Assembly (NCBI GenBank): GCA_049598495.1
Contig: JBMYNR010000012.1
Coordinates: 1 to 43,825 of the forward strand
Origin: Opitutales bacterium
GTDB lineage: Bacteria; Verrucomicrobiota; Verrucomicrobiia; Opitutales; Coraliomargaritaceae
Length of the DNA: 43,825 nucleotides
Direction: 5' to 3'
Part shown: piece after piece, positions 9,104-17,350 of the stretch
Layout of the letters: each line of letters opens with the position of its first letter
How positions within the stretch are numbered: the first letter of the stretch is position 1
Program-made: the position numbers and the translations under genes
Notes under the pieces: model-generated
Told to the model about the DNA's origin: nothing
Seen by the model: only the letters and a program-made list of their open reading frames with translations
The model's database searches: none

Positions 9104-10346
9104 CAACCTCCTCCTTCGGCAAGGTCGGTTGCTTTTCGATCGCGCCGGGCTCAACCACAGGCTCGGGCGCGGCGCTCTCCAGGGCTTCGAATTTCCGAGC
9201 CGTCACCAGCAGGCGGCTTTCAACCGAGCTGATCGCCCTGTTGTAATGCCCCACGCTCTGATCGAGACTTTTTCCCAGTTTGGAAAAATGCCCGGTCACC
9301 ACGCCGATCCGCTCGTAGAGCTCCTTGCCCAAGGCACTGATCTCCTTTGCTTCCCGAGCGATCGCCTCCTGCTGCCAACCATAGGCAATGGCCTTAAGCA
9401 AAGCGATCAAAGTGGTGGGCGTGGCAAGGATGACCTTGTTGTCCACGCCGAGCTCAATCAACTGCGGATCTTGCTCAAGCGCGGCGCTAAAGATGGTTTC
9501 ATTCGGAATAAAGAGGACGACGAACTCCGGCGCGTTATCGAACTGGGTCCAGTAGGACTTGGCGGAAAGCCCCTTGATGTGATCCCGGATATGCCGGGCA
9601 TGGGCCTTCATCCGTGTCGTCTGCACCTCCGGGTCCTCAGCCTCGAGGGCATCCAGATAGGCGGCCAAGGGGACCTTGGAGTCGACGACTACCTGCCGTC
9701 CGTTGGGCAGATTGATCATCATATCCGGACGCTGCCTCCCCTCATCGGTATCGACCGAGGCCTGCTCGAGGAAATCCACGCGGTTGATCATGCCGGCCAT
9801 TTCAACCGTGCGGCGGAGCTGCATCTCGCCCCACTGGCCGCGGACCTGCGGCGCCCGCAAGGCCTGCACAAGACTGCCCGTAGTTTTGCTCAACTGCGCC
9901 TGTGATTGGGCCAGTTGCTGAAGTTGCTTCTCGAGGCCCGCACTCGAAGCGACCCGCTCTTTCTCCACTTGTTCGAGCTTTGCATTGAAATGCTTCAATG
10001 CCTCACCAACGGGTTCGACCGTCTTGTTGATCGCCTGTTGGCGTTTCTCCAGATCTCCTCTAGCGCCCTCCTGATACTTTTCGAGGGTCGACTTGGCAAG
10101 GTTGATGAAGGACTCGTTATTCTTGGAGAGTGCCTCCGATGAGAGCGCCTGAAAGCTCTCTTTTAACTGCGCGCGTGCCTGCTCTAAAAGGACGAGCTTC
10201 TCCTCGGCCGCTTTCAACTCAGCATCCCGCTGCGCTTGTAAGGCAGCCAATTCCTGACGACTCGCACCCAAGGCCCGCCCAATGAAAAAATAAACCACGG
10301 ACGCACCTAAGATTGTCCCCGTTAACAAGCCTAATACAGTGTCCAT
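9093..10346 (-). CDS. rmuC: DNA recombination protein RmuC
   Basis: N-terminal TM and coiled coil; RGQWGEMQL, RPDMMINLP, VVDSKVPL, PEFVVLFIP and ATPTTLIALL motifs; start set at ATG 10346. Confidence 0.95.
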   Translation of the reverse strand: MDTVLGLLTGTILGASVVYFFIGRALGASRQELAALQAQRDAELKAAEEKLVLLEQARAQLKESFQALSSEALSKNNESFINLAKSTLEKYQEGARGDLEKRQQAINKTVEPVGEALKHFNAKLEQVEKERVASSAGLEKQLQQLAQSQAQLSKTTGSLVQALRAPQVRGQWGEMQLRRTVEMAGMINRVDFLEQASVDTDEGRQRPDMMINLPNGRQVVVDSKVPLAAYLDALEAEDPEVQTTRMKAHARHIRDHIKGLSAKSYWTQFDNAPEFVVLFIPNETIFSAALEQDPQLIELGVDNKVILATPTTLIALLKAIAYGWQQEAIAREAKEISALGKELYERIGVVTGHFSKLGKSLDQSVGHYNRAISSVESRLLVTARKFEALESAAPEPVVEPGAIEKQPTLPKEEVDEA

Positions 10347-10410
10347 CCACCCATTGAGCCATGTTTGCGCCTCCAATCAACGGTTATCGATCACCATCGG
10401 CATGAAATTA

Positions 10411-10433
10411 TTAATGAAATAAGCTTGCATTAA
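10411..10433. promoter_or_regulatory. Putative Fur/Zur-family operator upstream of the TonB-dependent receptor
   Basis: Imperfect palindrome TTAATGAAA-TAAGC-TTGCATTAA ending 33 nt before the ATG; a similar site lies at 13888-13905. Confidence 0.5.
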
Positions 10434-10465
10434 GACACCCGCCATTAAAATAAGTCGCTTTCATT

Positions 10466-12598
10466 ATGAAGACCTATCACCGACTCACTCTGCTCGCACT
10501 GATCTGCGGCACGCTCCCGCTAACCGCTGAGGAGATCTATAAATTGGATGACTATACCGTTTCCGCCGGCCCGCTGGCCCGCGCAATCGACGATTTCGCC
10601 AGCCCGTTCTCGTCACTGGATGACGAGGCAATCCGGCAGAGTAATGCCGGCACCCTTGGCGAACTACTGAACGGCCAACCGGGCGTGACCGCCTCCAGCT
10701 TTGGCGGCGGTGCCAGTCGCCCGATCATCCGCGGTTTTGATGGCCCCCGGGTCAGTATCCTTGACTCCGGACTCGGCGCCGCGGATGTCTCCGAGACCAG
10801 CCCGGACCACGCGGTCACGGTGGAGCCGCTCCTCACTGAGCGCGTAGAGGTGCTTCGCGGCCCCGCGACCCTTCTTTACGGCAGTTCCGCAATTGGCGGT
10901 GTCGTCAATGTGGTCGGCCGCGAACTTCCCAGAGAGCAGCCCACCCGCACGCTCTCGGGCGCTTTTGAAGCCCGGCATGACACCGTCTCCGACGGAGAAA
11001 CACTGCTCGGTTACACAACTTTCAACGAGGGTCCTTTGGTGGTAACCGTCCAGGGTTTGAAACGTCGGGCTGACGATTACGAGATTCCTTCGCACCCCGA
11101 AGCAGTTCCCGATGAACCACAGGAGGGCGATACCCTCGCCTCCAGCTTCGTAGAGACCGATTACTACTCGGCAGGTGCGAGCTGGTTCTTTAACGAGCGC
11201 AACTACATCGGCCTAGCCGTGTCCGGCTACGATTCCTTCTATGGCATACCGGGTCACGAGCATCATCACGAGGAGCACGGTGAAGGAGATGAAGGCGGCG
11301 AAGAGGATGAAGAAGAACACGGCGACGAAGAAGTCGCCGCAATCGATTTGGAGCGTAGCCGCTTCGATGCTGAACTGGCTGTATTTGAACCGACGCAGTG
11401 GATCGAAGCCATTCGCGTCCGCCTTGGCTACACCGATTACGAGCACGTAGAGGGTATGGCTGATCACGCAACCACTTTTGAGCGCGAAAGCTGGGAGCTG
11501 CGCGCCGAAGCCGCACACGATGACTGGGCCATCTTCACGGAAGGCATTTTTGGTGTTCAGTTGGTCGATGCCGATTTTCAGGCAATCGGCGAGGAGATCG
11601 AGGCAGAGGATGGAGGTTTGGCCTTCGGCCCCCCATCTACTACCCGCAGCCAAGCCTTCTTCTTCTCGGAGCACATTCACAGCGATGAAAGCGACCTACA
11701 CTTCGACTTCGGAGGCAGGATCGAGCGCCAGACCGTCGACGCGGATGGCAGCAGCAACTACAGTGATACCGCATTCAGTCTGGGCTTCAGCACCATCTGG
11801 AAAATCGACGAGGACAACTCGCTTGCGCTCTCGCTTCAACGGACGGAACGGCATCCGAACGCCACCGAACTCTACTCTGCAGGCCCTCACATCGCGACCA
11901 GCCAGTTTCAAGTTGGCGACGAGGACCTCGAAAAAGAAACCGCCTACGGCGTGGACCTCACCTATCGTTATCGTAGCGATGACTGGGAAGCCAGCGCCGC
12001 CGTTTTCTACACCTACTTCGAGGACTATATCTTCGATGAAAACCAAGGCTTCCAGATTGATGACGAAGGAAGAACCAGCAACGGGGGGCCTGGTGGCGCT
12101 CCTGAAGCCGATTTCGAGGCGGGCCATGCGCTCGATGTCTACAATTACGTTGCCGCCGACGCCCTCTTCTACGGCTTCGAAGCGGAGATCGACTACATCG
12201 CCTACCGCTCCGGCGACACCACTGTCCGCCTTGGCGTCCTCGCCGATTATGTCGTCGCCGAGAACCGCGATGACAAGGAGGACCTTCCGCGGATCCCACC
12301 GTTCCGCCTGGGTGGCAAGGCCGAGCTTGAATACGGCAATTGGAATGCAGGCGTCTTACTTCGCCGCAGCTTCGACCAGAAAGATACGGCGCCCGGCGAA
12401 ACGGACACAGACGGATTTACCGAACTGGAGGCAGATCTCAGCTACAGCTACGACTTGGGCAACGGTATGCTGCTAACCGCATTCGCGCGTGCGAATAATC
12501 TGCTCAACGAGGAGATTCGCCACCACAGTTCGTTCATCAAGAACGAGGCGCCCCGCCCGGGACGGAACTTCACCATCGGTGCGCGAGTCGAGTTCTAA
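10466..12598 (+). CDS. TonB-dependent receptor, ZnuD-like (probable zinc/metal uptake)
   Basis: Signal peptide; plug motifs GGGASRPIIRG, SPDHAV, VEVLRGPATLLYGSSAIGGVVN; His/acidic loop HEHHHEEHGEGDE; ends PGRNFTIGARVEF. Confidence 0.88.
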   Translation: MKTYHRLTLLALICGTLPLTAEEIYKLDDYTVSAGPLARAIDDFASPFSSLDDEAIRQSNAGTLGELLNGQPGVTASSFGGGASRPIIRGFDGPRVSILDSGLGAADVSETSPDHAVTVEPLLTERVEVLRGPATLLYGSSAIGGVVNVVGRELPREQPTRTLSGAFEARHDTVSDGETLLGYTTFNEGPLVVTVQGLKRRADDYEIPSHPEAVPDEPQEGDTLASSFVETDYYSAGASWFFNERNYIGLAVSGYDSFYGIPGHEHHHEEHGEGDEGGEEDEEEHGDEEVAAIDLERSRFDAELAVFEPTQWIEAIRVRLGYTDYEHVEGMADHATTFERESWELRAEAAHDDWAIFTEGIFGVQLVDADFQAIGEEIEAEDGGLAFGPPSTTRSQAFFFSEHIHSDESDLHFDFGGRIERQTVDADGSSNYSDTAFSLGFSTIWKIDEDNSLALSLQRTERHPNATELYSAGPHIATSQFQVGDEDLEKETAYGVDLTYRYRSDDWEASAAVFYTYFEDYIFDENQGFQIDDEGRTSNGGPGGAPEADFEAGHALDVYNYVAADALFYGFEAEIDYIAYRSGDTTVRLGVLADYVVAENRDDKEDLPRIPPFRLGGKAELEYGNWNAGVLLRRSFDQKDTAPGETDTDGFTELEADLSYSYDLGNGMLLTAFARANNLLNEEIRHHSSFIKNEAPRPGRNFTIGARVEF

Positions 12599-12627
12599 TC
12601 GGCACCCGATGTAAGATCTCATTTCCG

Positions 12628-12660
12628 AGGCCGCATTCCCCAAAAGGAGTGCGGCCTTTC
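12628..12660 (+). terminator. Probable intrinsic terminator after the receptor gene
   Basis: AGGCCGCATTCC-CCAAAA-GGAGTGCGGCCT followed by a short T run. Confidence 0.65.
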
Positions 12661-12724
12661 ATTGTACGCTCAGCCAGCGGGTAATGAGTTGCAGAAAAGC
12701 AAAATTCTACTTTCTTGTTCTTCT

Positions 12725-13159
12725 ATGCCTGATCTCTCAAGCCAGCTTCTAGACATTATCCTTGATCGTCTCAAGGCCAGTGGCGGGCGCATGACCAAGA
12801 AGCGCGAGCGCATACTGGGCGCACTATTTACCATGGATCGTCCAGCCAGCGCCGAAGAGATCCGCGAGCGAGCAGAGCTACCCGAATCGGATTTGGTGAC
12901 GGTCTACCGCAATCTGGAAACCTTTGAGAAACTCGGCGTTCTTCAGCGCGTGCCTCTAGAAAGCGGCACGCATCTCTTCGAGCTCACCGCGCCGGACGAG
13001 CACTACCATCATCTCATCTGCCGGGAGTGCCACAAAGCCGAACGGCTCGATGTCTGCGTCAGCCACGACGTCGTCAATAAAGCGAAGAAACACGGCTATT
13101 CAGAAATCGCGCACGTGATGGAAGTCTACGGCCTCTGCGAAGAGTGCGCCGCGGACTAA
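12725..13159 (+). CDS. Fur-family transcriptional regulator, probably Zur
   Basis: RMTKKRERIL, VTVYRNLE, HYHHLICRECH and YGLCEEC motifs; adjacent to a ZnuD-like receptor; start set at ATG 12725. Confidence 0.9.
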   Translation: MPDLSSQLLDIILDRLKASGGRMTKKRERILGALFTMDRPASAEEIRERAELPESDLVTVYRNLETFEKLGVLQRVPLESGTHLFELTAPDEHYHHLICRECHKAERLDVCVSHDVVNKAKKHGYSEIAHVMEVYGLCEECAAD

Positions 13160-13358
13160 TCAGCGTGCTGAGTTCGAAGTTTTTGTCATAAAAGTCATCC
13201 TGCGCAGGATGGTATTTCAATTCTTCTGGTTCATGTAGCACAGCGGCGACAGCCGTTGTGAGATGCGGTTCGAAATGCGTGCTCTCACTGACTGTCGTCA
13301 GCGAGCTACAGAATTTATCGTTCGCATTATGTCGCGGACTTAGAACTCAGGACACTAG
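13160..13358. mobile_element. MITE-like element with degenerate terminal inverted repeats enclosing a convergent GTAG REP doublet
   Basis: Left end TCAGCGTGCTGAGTTCGAAGTTTTTGTCATAA versus right-end reverse complement CTAGTGTCCTGAGTTCTAAGTCCGCGACATAA; inner hairpins GTAG-CACAGCGGC-GACA-GCCGTTGTG (13235-13260, +) and GTAG-CTCGCTGAC-GACA-GTCAGTGAG (13284-13309, -). Confidence 0.6.
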
Positions 13359-13852
13359 TCGTGGTCGTGCTTGCAATTTTCCTTCCGGCAAAGGCGGAAG
13401 TTGCGGACATGGGCACCGGCAAGCAGCAGGCCGCCAATGGTGTTGATCCATCCGCCCGCATGCATCGGAAGGGGCTCTGAGAATACATCGCGCTCACAGG
13501 ATACGCAATGCGCTGCGTGCAGCTGGGCGTCTACACGCGCTGCGTTGTGCATGCGTTCGTGGACAAGCGCAGAGAAGAGGATCGAGATCCCGAGCGCACT
13601 CAAAACGGCAACCATACGGTCCTTGTGTCGACGACACCCCATGAAAATAGCGAAGCCTGTCGTCGGCAACACAAGTAATAACATCCAAAGGTGGAAGTCC
13701 TCATGTGCAAAGAAGCTCGTAGCGATGATTGGCAGGGCGATCATGAGCACCGGAGTGAGCAAACAATGCACGGCACACACGGTAGCCATCCCGATCGCAA
13801 AGTGATCGAGCCATCCGTGAATACGGCAGGTTCTCGTAGAGCTAGATTGCAT
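13355..13852 (-). CDS. MerC-domain membrane protein
   Basis: LDHFAIGMATVCAVHCLLTP, HEDFH, GCRRHK and GLLLAGAHVRN motifs; His/Cys-rich loop and tail; start set at ATG 13852. Confidence 0.85.
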   Translation of the reverse strand: MQSSSTRTCRIHGWLDHFAIGMATVCAVHCLLTPVLMIALPIIATSFFAHEDFHLWMLLLVLPTTGFAIFMGCRRHKDRMVAVLSALGISILFSALVHERMHNAARVDAQLHAAHCVSCERDVFSEPLPMHAGGWINTIGGLLLAGAHVRNFRLCRKENCKHDHD

Positions 13853-13887
13853 AATTCGAACAAACACTTGGCAACGAATCGGGCCAC

Positions 13888-13905
13888 ATGCAAGTCTCTT
13901 TCAAT
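13888..13905. promoter_or_regulatory. Putative Fur/Zur-family operator upstream of the MerC-like gene
   Basis: Minus strand ATTGAAA-GAGAC-TTGCAT has the same TGAAA-N5-TTGCAT layout as 10411-10433. Confidence 0.45.
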
Positions 13906-13949
13906 AAAAAACCCGATCAAGAATGAGCCCCTTTGCAGGGGCCGTAACC
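13901..13949 (-). repeat. Second, recoded copy of the truA 3' end
   Basis: Encodes [15 protein letters not shown] versus [16 protein letters not shown] in truA; 24-bp exact repeat AGCCCCTTTGCAGGGGCCGTAACC at 13926-13949 and 14020-14043. Confidence 0.9.
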
Positions 13950-13991
13950 CGTGCTTCGCTCTGCGAGCTACGCAGGGCAGGCCACCCGCAT

Positions 13992-14732
13992 TTATCTATA
14001 GAACACACGGTCGAGGAATAGCCCCTTTGCAGGGGCCGTAACCACCCGATGTGTGCGCTGGCGCGACTCCAGAATGTCGCGGATGTCATCGACCGTCAGC
14101 CGTCCTCGGCCGACGGAATAGAGCGCCCCCGCAAAGCTCCGCACCATTCGATAAAGGAAGCCACTCCCCTCCACGTCGAGGCGAATGTATTTGCCCCGTT
14201 GTTTCAGCTCGAGCCGGGTGACTGTCTTCACCGGGTTGGGATCACTGCCCTTGCCGTGGCTGGCGCTGAAGGCGGTAAAATCGTGCTTACCTGTTAATAC
14301 GTCGGCGGCCGCCCGCATGGTATCTAAATCGATCGGCAGGTCGCGGCAAGCCCACACATAGCGATCATCCAGGGGATCCGCACGACCCAGATAATAGCGG
14401 TATAAGTAGCGCTTCCCAATCACCGAAAAACGGGCGTGAAAATCATCGCGAACCGGTTGCACCGAGCACATCCGTATCGAGGTCGGCAGGATGGAATGGA
14501 GCGCGCGAAGTAACTTCTCCGGTGGATGTGGCCAGTCAGCATCGAAGTGGAAGCACTGGCCCCGCGCATGGACACCGGCATCCGTGCGTCCGCTCCCTTG
14601 GATCTCGAGCGGTGTATCGAATATCTGAGTGAGGGCGGCTTCGAGATGGTTTTGCACGGCACCGCCTCCGGGCTGGCGCTGCCAGCCATTGAAATTCGTG
14701 CCGTCGTAGGCACATGTGCATTTCCAACGCAT
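13992..14732 (-). CDS. truA: tRNA pseudouridine(38-40) synthase TruA
   Basis: [36 protein letters not shown] and TAPAKGL motifs; start set at ATG 14732. Confidence 0.96.
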   Translation of the reverse strand: MRWKCTCAYDGTNFNGWQRQPGGGAVQNHLEAALTQIFDTPLEIQGSGRTDAGVHARGQCFHFDADWPHPPEKLLRALHSILPTSIRMCSVQPVRDDFHARFSVIGKRYLYRYYLGRADPLDDRYVWACRDLPIDLDTMRAAADVLTGKHDFTAFSASHGKGSDPNPVKTVTRLELKQRGKYIRLDVEGSGFLYRMVRSFAGALYSVGRGRLTVDDIRDILESRQRTHRVVTAPAKGLFLDRVFYR

Positions 14733-14772
14733 GGGAAGGACTCTTGCCAAAGCCACCGCGAATGCAAGGCCG

Positions 14773-15038
14773 GGCAGTGTCTGAAAATTACCGCCTAGCT
14801 GGCTTGAAGCCAAATGTTGTCTTCGCAAGGCGACGGAGGCGGAGCGACATGAATGTCGTGACGCCTTCCGTGAACGCCGCGAGACGACATCTGGATCAAA
14901 TCGTTTCACGACAAAACCAAAATCCGACCGATCAGCGTTGTTCGCGCTTGGATGGGTTTCAACCCATCACAACACGAGCCGCCTTGTTCGCTCGGATTTT
15001 GAGAATTGCCAGCTTTGCGGGAATTTACAGACACTGCC
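14773..15038. mobile_element. 266-bp MITE-like element with 31-bp terminal inverted repeats and two internal hairpins
   Basis: GGCAGTGTCTGAAAATTACCGCCTAGCTGGC versus right-end reverse complement GGCAGTGTCTGTAAATTCCCGCAAAGCTGGC (27/31); hairpins at 14814-14890 and 14918-15001. Confidence 0.8.
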
Positions 15039-15046
15039 TAACAACG

Positions 15047-15799
15047 ATGGACTCTCTGGAACTCTGGCAATACGGCACAATTGCACTCGGCGCGCTGCTT
15101 GTTGGTTTCGGGAAAGGAGGCCTCCCGGGAGTGGGCAATCTCACGGTCGTGCTGATGGCACTGGTTTTGCCCCCAAAGGCCTCGGTCGGCGTGCTTTTAC
15201 CCATTCTAATCTCAGCCGATGTGATTGCGGTGCTGGTCTATCGACGGCACGCCGAGTGGCGCTATATCTTCAGATTGGCCCCGTGGATGGTCGCAGGGAT
15301 TTTGATCGGTTCCTTCGTTTTCGGCGCAGTCAACGACGCACAGGTGCGCTTTCTGATCGGCCTGATCCTACTGAGCATGACTGCGATCCATCTCTATCGC
15401 AAGTGGCTCCGCCGACGAAGCGATAGCGAAGATGCCCTCCCTCACCATCCTATATTCATCGCTTCGACTGGCATCATCGGAGGCTTCGCTACTATGATGG
15501 CCAACGCCGCCGGTCCAGTTGCGGCGCTTTACTTCATCGCCTCCGGGCTACCTAAATACGCCTATATTGGCACAGCCGCTTGGTTCTTCCTATTGGTCAA
15601 TCTGTTTAAGGTCCCCTTCATGATGCAGCTACAGATTATTGATACCCACTCGCTGCTGTTCAGCACCCGCTTCATGCTATTTTCGATACTCGGCGCGGCC
15701 ATCGCCCCATTTATTGTCAAACACATCAACCAAAAGGTATTTGAAATCCTGATCTGGTTCTTTGTGATCGTCGGCGGATTAAAACTTGTTATCCCTTAA
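15047..15799 (+). CDS. TSUP (TauE/SafE) family membrane transporter
   Basis: [34 protein letters not shown] and [11 protein letters not shown] motifs; multiple TM helices; start set at ATG 15047. Confidence 0.88.
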   Translation: MDSLELWQYGTIALGALLVGFGKGGLPGVGNLTVVLMALVLPPKASVGVLLPILISADVIAVLVYRRHAEWRYIFRLAPWMVAGILIGSFVFGAVNDAQVRFLIGLILLSMTAIHLYRKWLRRRSDSEDALPHHPIFIASTGIIGGFATMMANAAGPVAALYFIASGLPKYAYIGTAAWFFLLVNLFKVPFMMQLQIIDTHSLLFSTRFMLFSILGAAIAPFIVKHINQKVFEILIWFFVIVGGLKLVIP

Positions 15800-15804
15800 T
15801 CCCG

Positions 15805-16407
15805 ATGCCACACAAATCGACACGCAAACTCTGGGCCGAGCATCTAAGCCGACCTGGGCGCTCTGCTTCGGAGGAGACCGTATCAAACACACACCTAGGC
15901 AAGCCCTTCCGTGGCTGCGTACTGGGGATCGACCCGAGCTTGCGGGGGAGTGGCTTTGCCGTACTCGACTATGGAGAGGGCCACACGGCTCGTATTCTCG
16001 AGTCGGCGACCTTGAAATTAAAACCCTCACTCTCAATGGCGGAATGCCTCGGCGCGATCGGAAATCAAGTCGACGATTTCCTCAACCAACATTCAGCCGT
16101 CCACGTCGCCATAGAACAGACAATCTACGTTCAAAATTTCCAGACGGCTCAAATTCTCGGAGCCGCTCGCGGCGCGGCGATTGCTGCCGCGGCGATGCGC
16201 GGATTACCCGTCTTCGAATACGCACCACTACGGGTCAAGCAAGCGGTGGTCGGCCGGGGCCGCGCCAGCAAGGAACAAGTTGCGCGGACCATACGGAACA
16301 TCACGGGGATGAATTTCGAGCTTCGATTTGATGAGTCCGACGCAGCTGCGGTCGCTTTGTGCCACGCCTTTACATGGCGAGGGGAATCCATCAGCCGGAA
16401 GACATGA
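15805..16407 (+). CDS. ruvC: Holliday junction resolvase RuvC
   Basis: [40 protein letters not shown] and [12 protein letters not shown] motifs. Confidence 0.95.
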   Translation: MPHKSTRKLWAEHLSRPGRSASEETVSNTHLGKPFRGCVLGIDPSLRGSGFAVLDYGEGHTARILESATLKLKPSLSMAECLGAIGNQVDDFLNQHSAVHVAIEQTIYVQNFQTAQILGAARGAAIAAAAMRGLPVFEYAPLRVKQAVVGRGRASKEQVARTIRNITGMNFELRFDESDAAAVALCHAFTWRGESISRKT

Positions 16408-17132
16408 CCGCGAAACGAGTTTGTATTACTGGGGTCAGCTCAGGACTGGGACATGGGCTGGCTCAAAAATATCTGGAAGCAGGTGCCCGTGTCTATGGCT
16501 GTAGTCGGCGCAGACCCGAGGACTTAATCCAGCTTGGACTGCGATTCGCATCCGTCGACCTGAGCGATGAAAACACCGGCCCCGCGGGTTTTTCCGCGCT
16601 GATTGAGCCAGAGAAACAGTTTGACCTCGTCTTACTCAACGCGGGAAAACTCGGGCAAATACGCGACATACGAGATACTCCGTTGGACGACCTACGGGAG
16701 ACGATGGAGACCAATGTCTGGTCGAACAAGTGGCTACTTGATATACTCTACCGCGGGGACCGGACGATTGACCAGGTCGTCGCGATCTCTTCGGGCGCCT
16801 CCCAATCCGGCAGTCGTGGCTGGAACGGCTACAGCGTTTCGAAGGCGGCCCTCAACATGTTGATCAAGCTCTACGCCGGCGAATGCCCCGAGACACATTT
16901 TACCTCGCTGGCTCCCGGCCTTGTCGATACCGCCATGCAGGACTACCTCACAAATCTTCCGCCAGACCCACGCTACGCCCCTCTCGAAATACTCAAAGCA
17001 GCCAAAGGCACCGAAGCCATGCCCGACGGAAAGACCTGTGCCGAAAAACTGATGGAGGTTTTTCCGCGCCTTCTCGAACTGGAAAGCGGATCCTATGCGG
17101 ACATCCGTAAACTTTCAAACTCAGGGCACTAG
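16404..17132 (+). CDS. SDR-family oxidoreductase (benzil/sepiapterin reductase-like)
   Basis: [22 protein letters not shown] and [10 protein letters not shown] motifs; ATGA overlap with ruvC. Confidence 0.88.
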   Translation: MTAKRVCITGVSSGLGHGLAQKYLEAGARVYGCSRRRPEDLIQLGLRFASVDLSDENTGPAGFSALIEPEKQFDLVLLNAGKLGQIRDIRDTPLDDLRETMETNVWSNKWLLDILYRGDRTIDQVVAISSGASQSGSRGWNGYSVSKAALNMLIKLYAGECPETHFTSLAPGLVDTAMQDYLTNLPPDPRYAPLEILKAAKGTEAMPDGKTCAEKLMEVFPRLLELESGSYADIRKLSNSGH

Positions 17133-17350
17133 GCCGTGTCTAAAGCATTTCATTTGGTTCCCCGCCAAAGTAAGGGTAGGGATCGACCTCAATCGGTGCC
17201 GGGTTGGCACCACTATACACGCTGATCGTTCCCCGGAAAATGACGATACCCCCTTCATTTGAACTGCATTTGGGATAATCCACAGATGCTTTTTCGTGTC
17301 GACCTACAAGCAGGGCATGTCTTCATCAACAGGCGATAGCCCTTCCGAGA

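Noticed and set aside
11478..12476. 332-aa alternative-frame ORF within the TonB receptor, and similar long shadow ORFs such as 9129-9905 and 17591-18217
   Set aside because: They overlap well-supported genes and have low-complexity S/R/P/T or antisense composition typical of GC-rich codon bias.
13355..13852. Mercury resistance locus
   Set aside because: No merA, merR, merT or merP nearby; the context points to zinc or other metal uptake.
13901..14043. Diversity-generating retroelement VR/TR pair
   Set aside because: Differences are at synonymous wobble positions rather than adenine-specific, and there is no reverse transcriptase in the window.
14714..15046. N-terminal extensions of the TSUP (from 14714) and truA (from 14909) ORFs
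   Set aside because: They are read-through of the MITE-like element; family motifs begin at 15047 and 14732.
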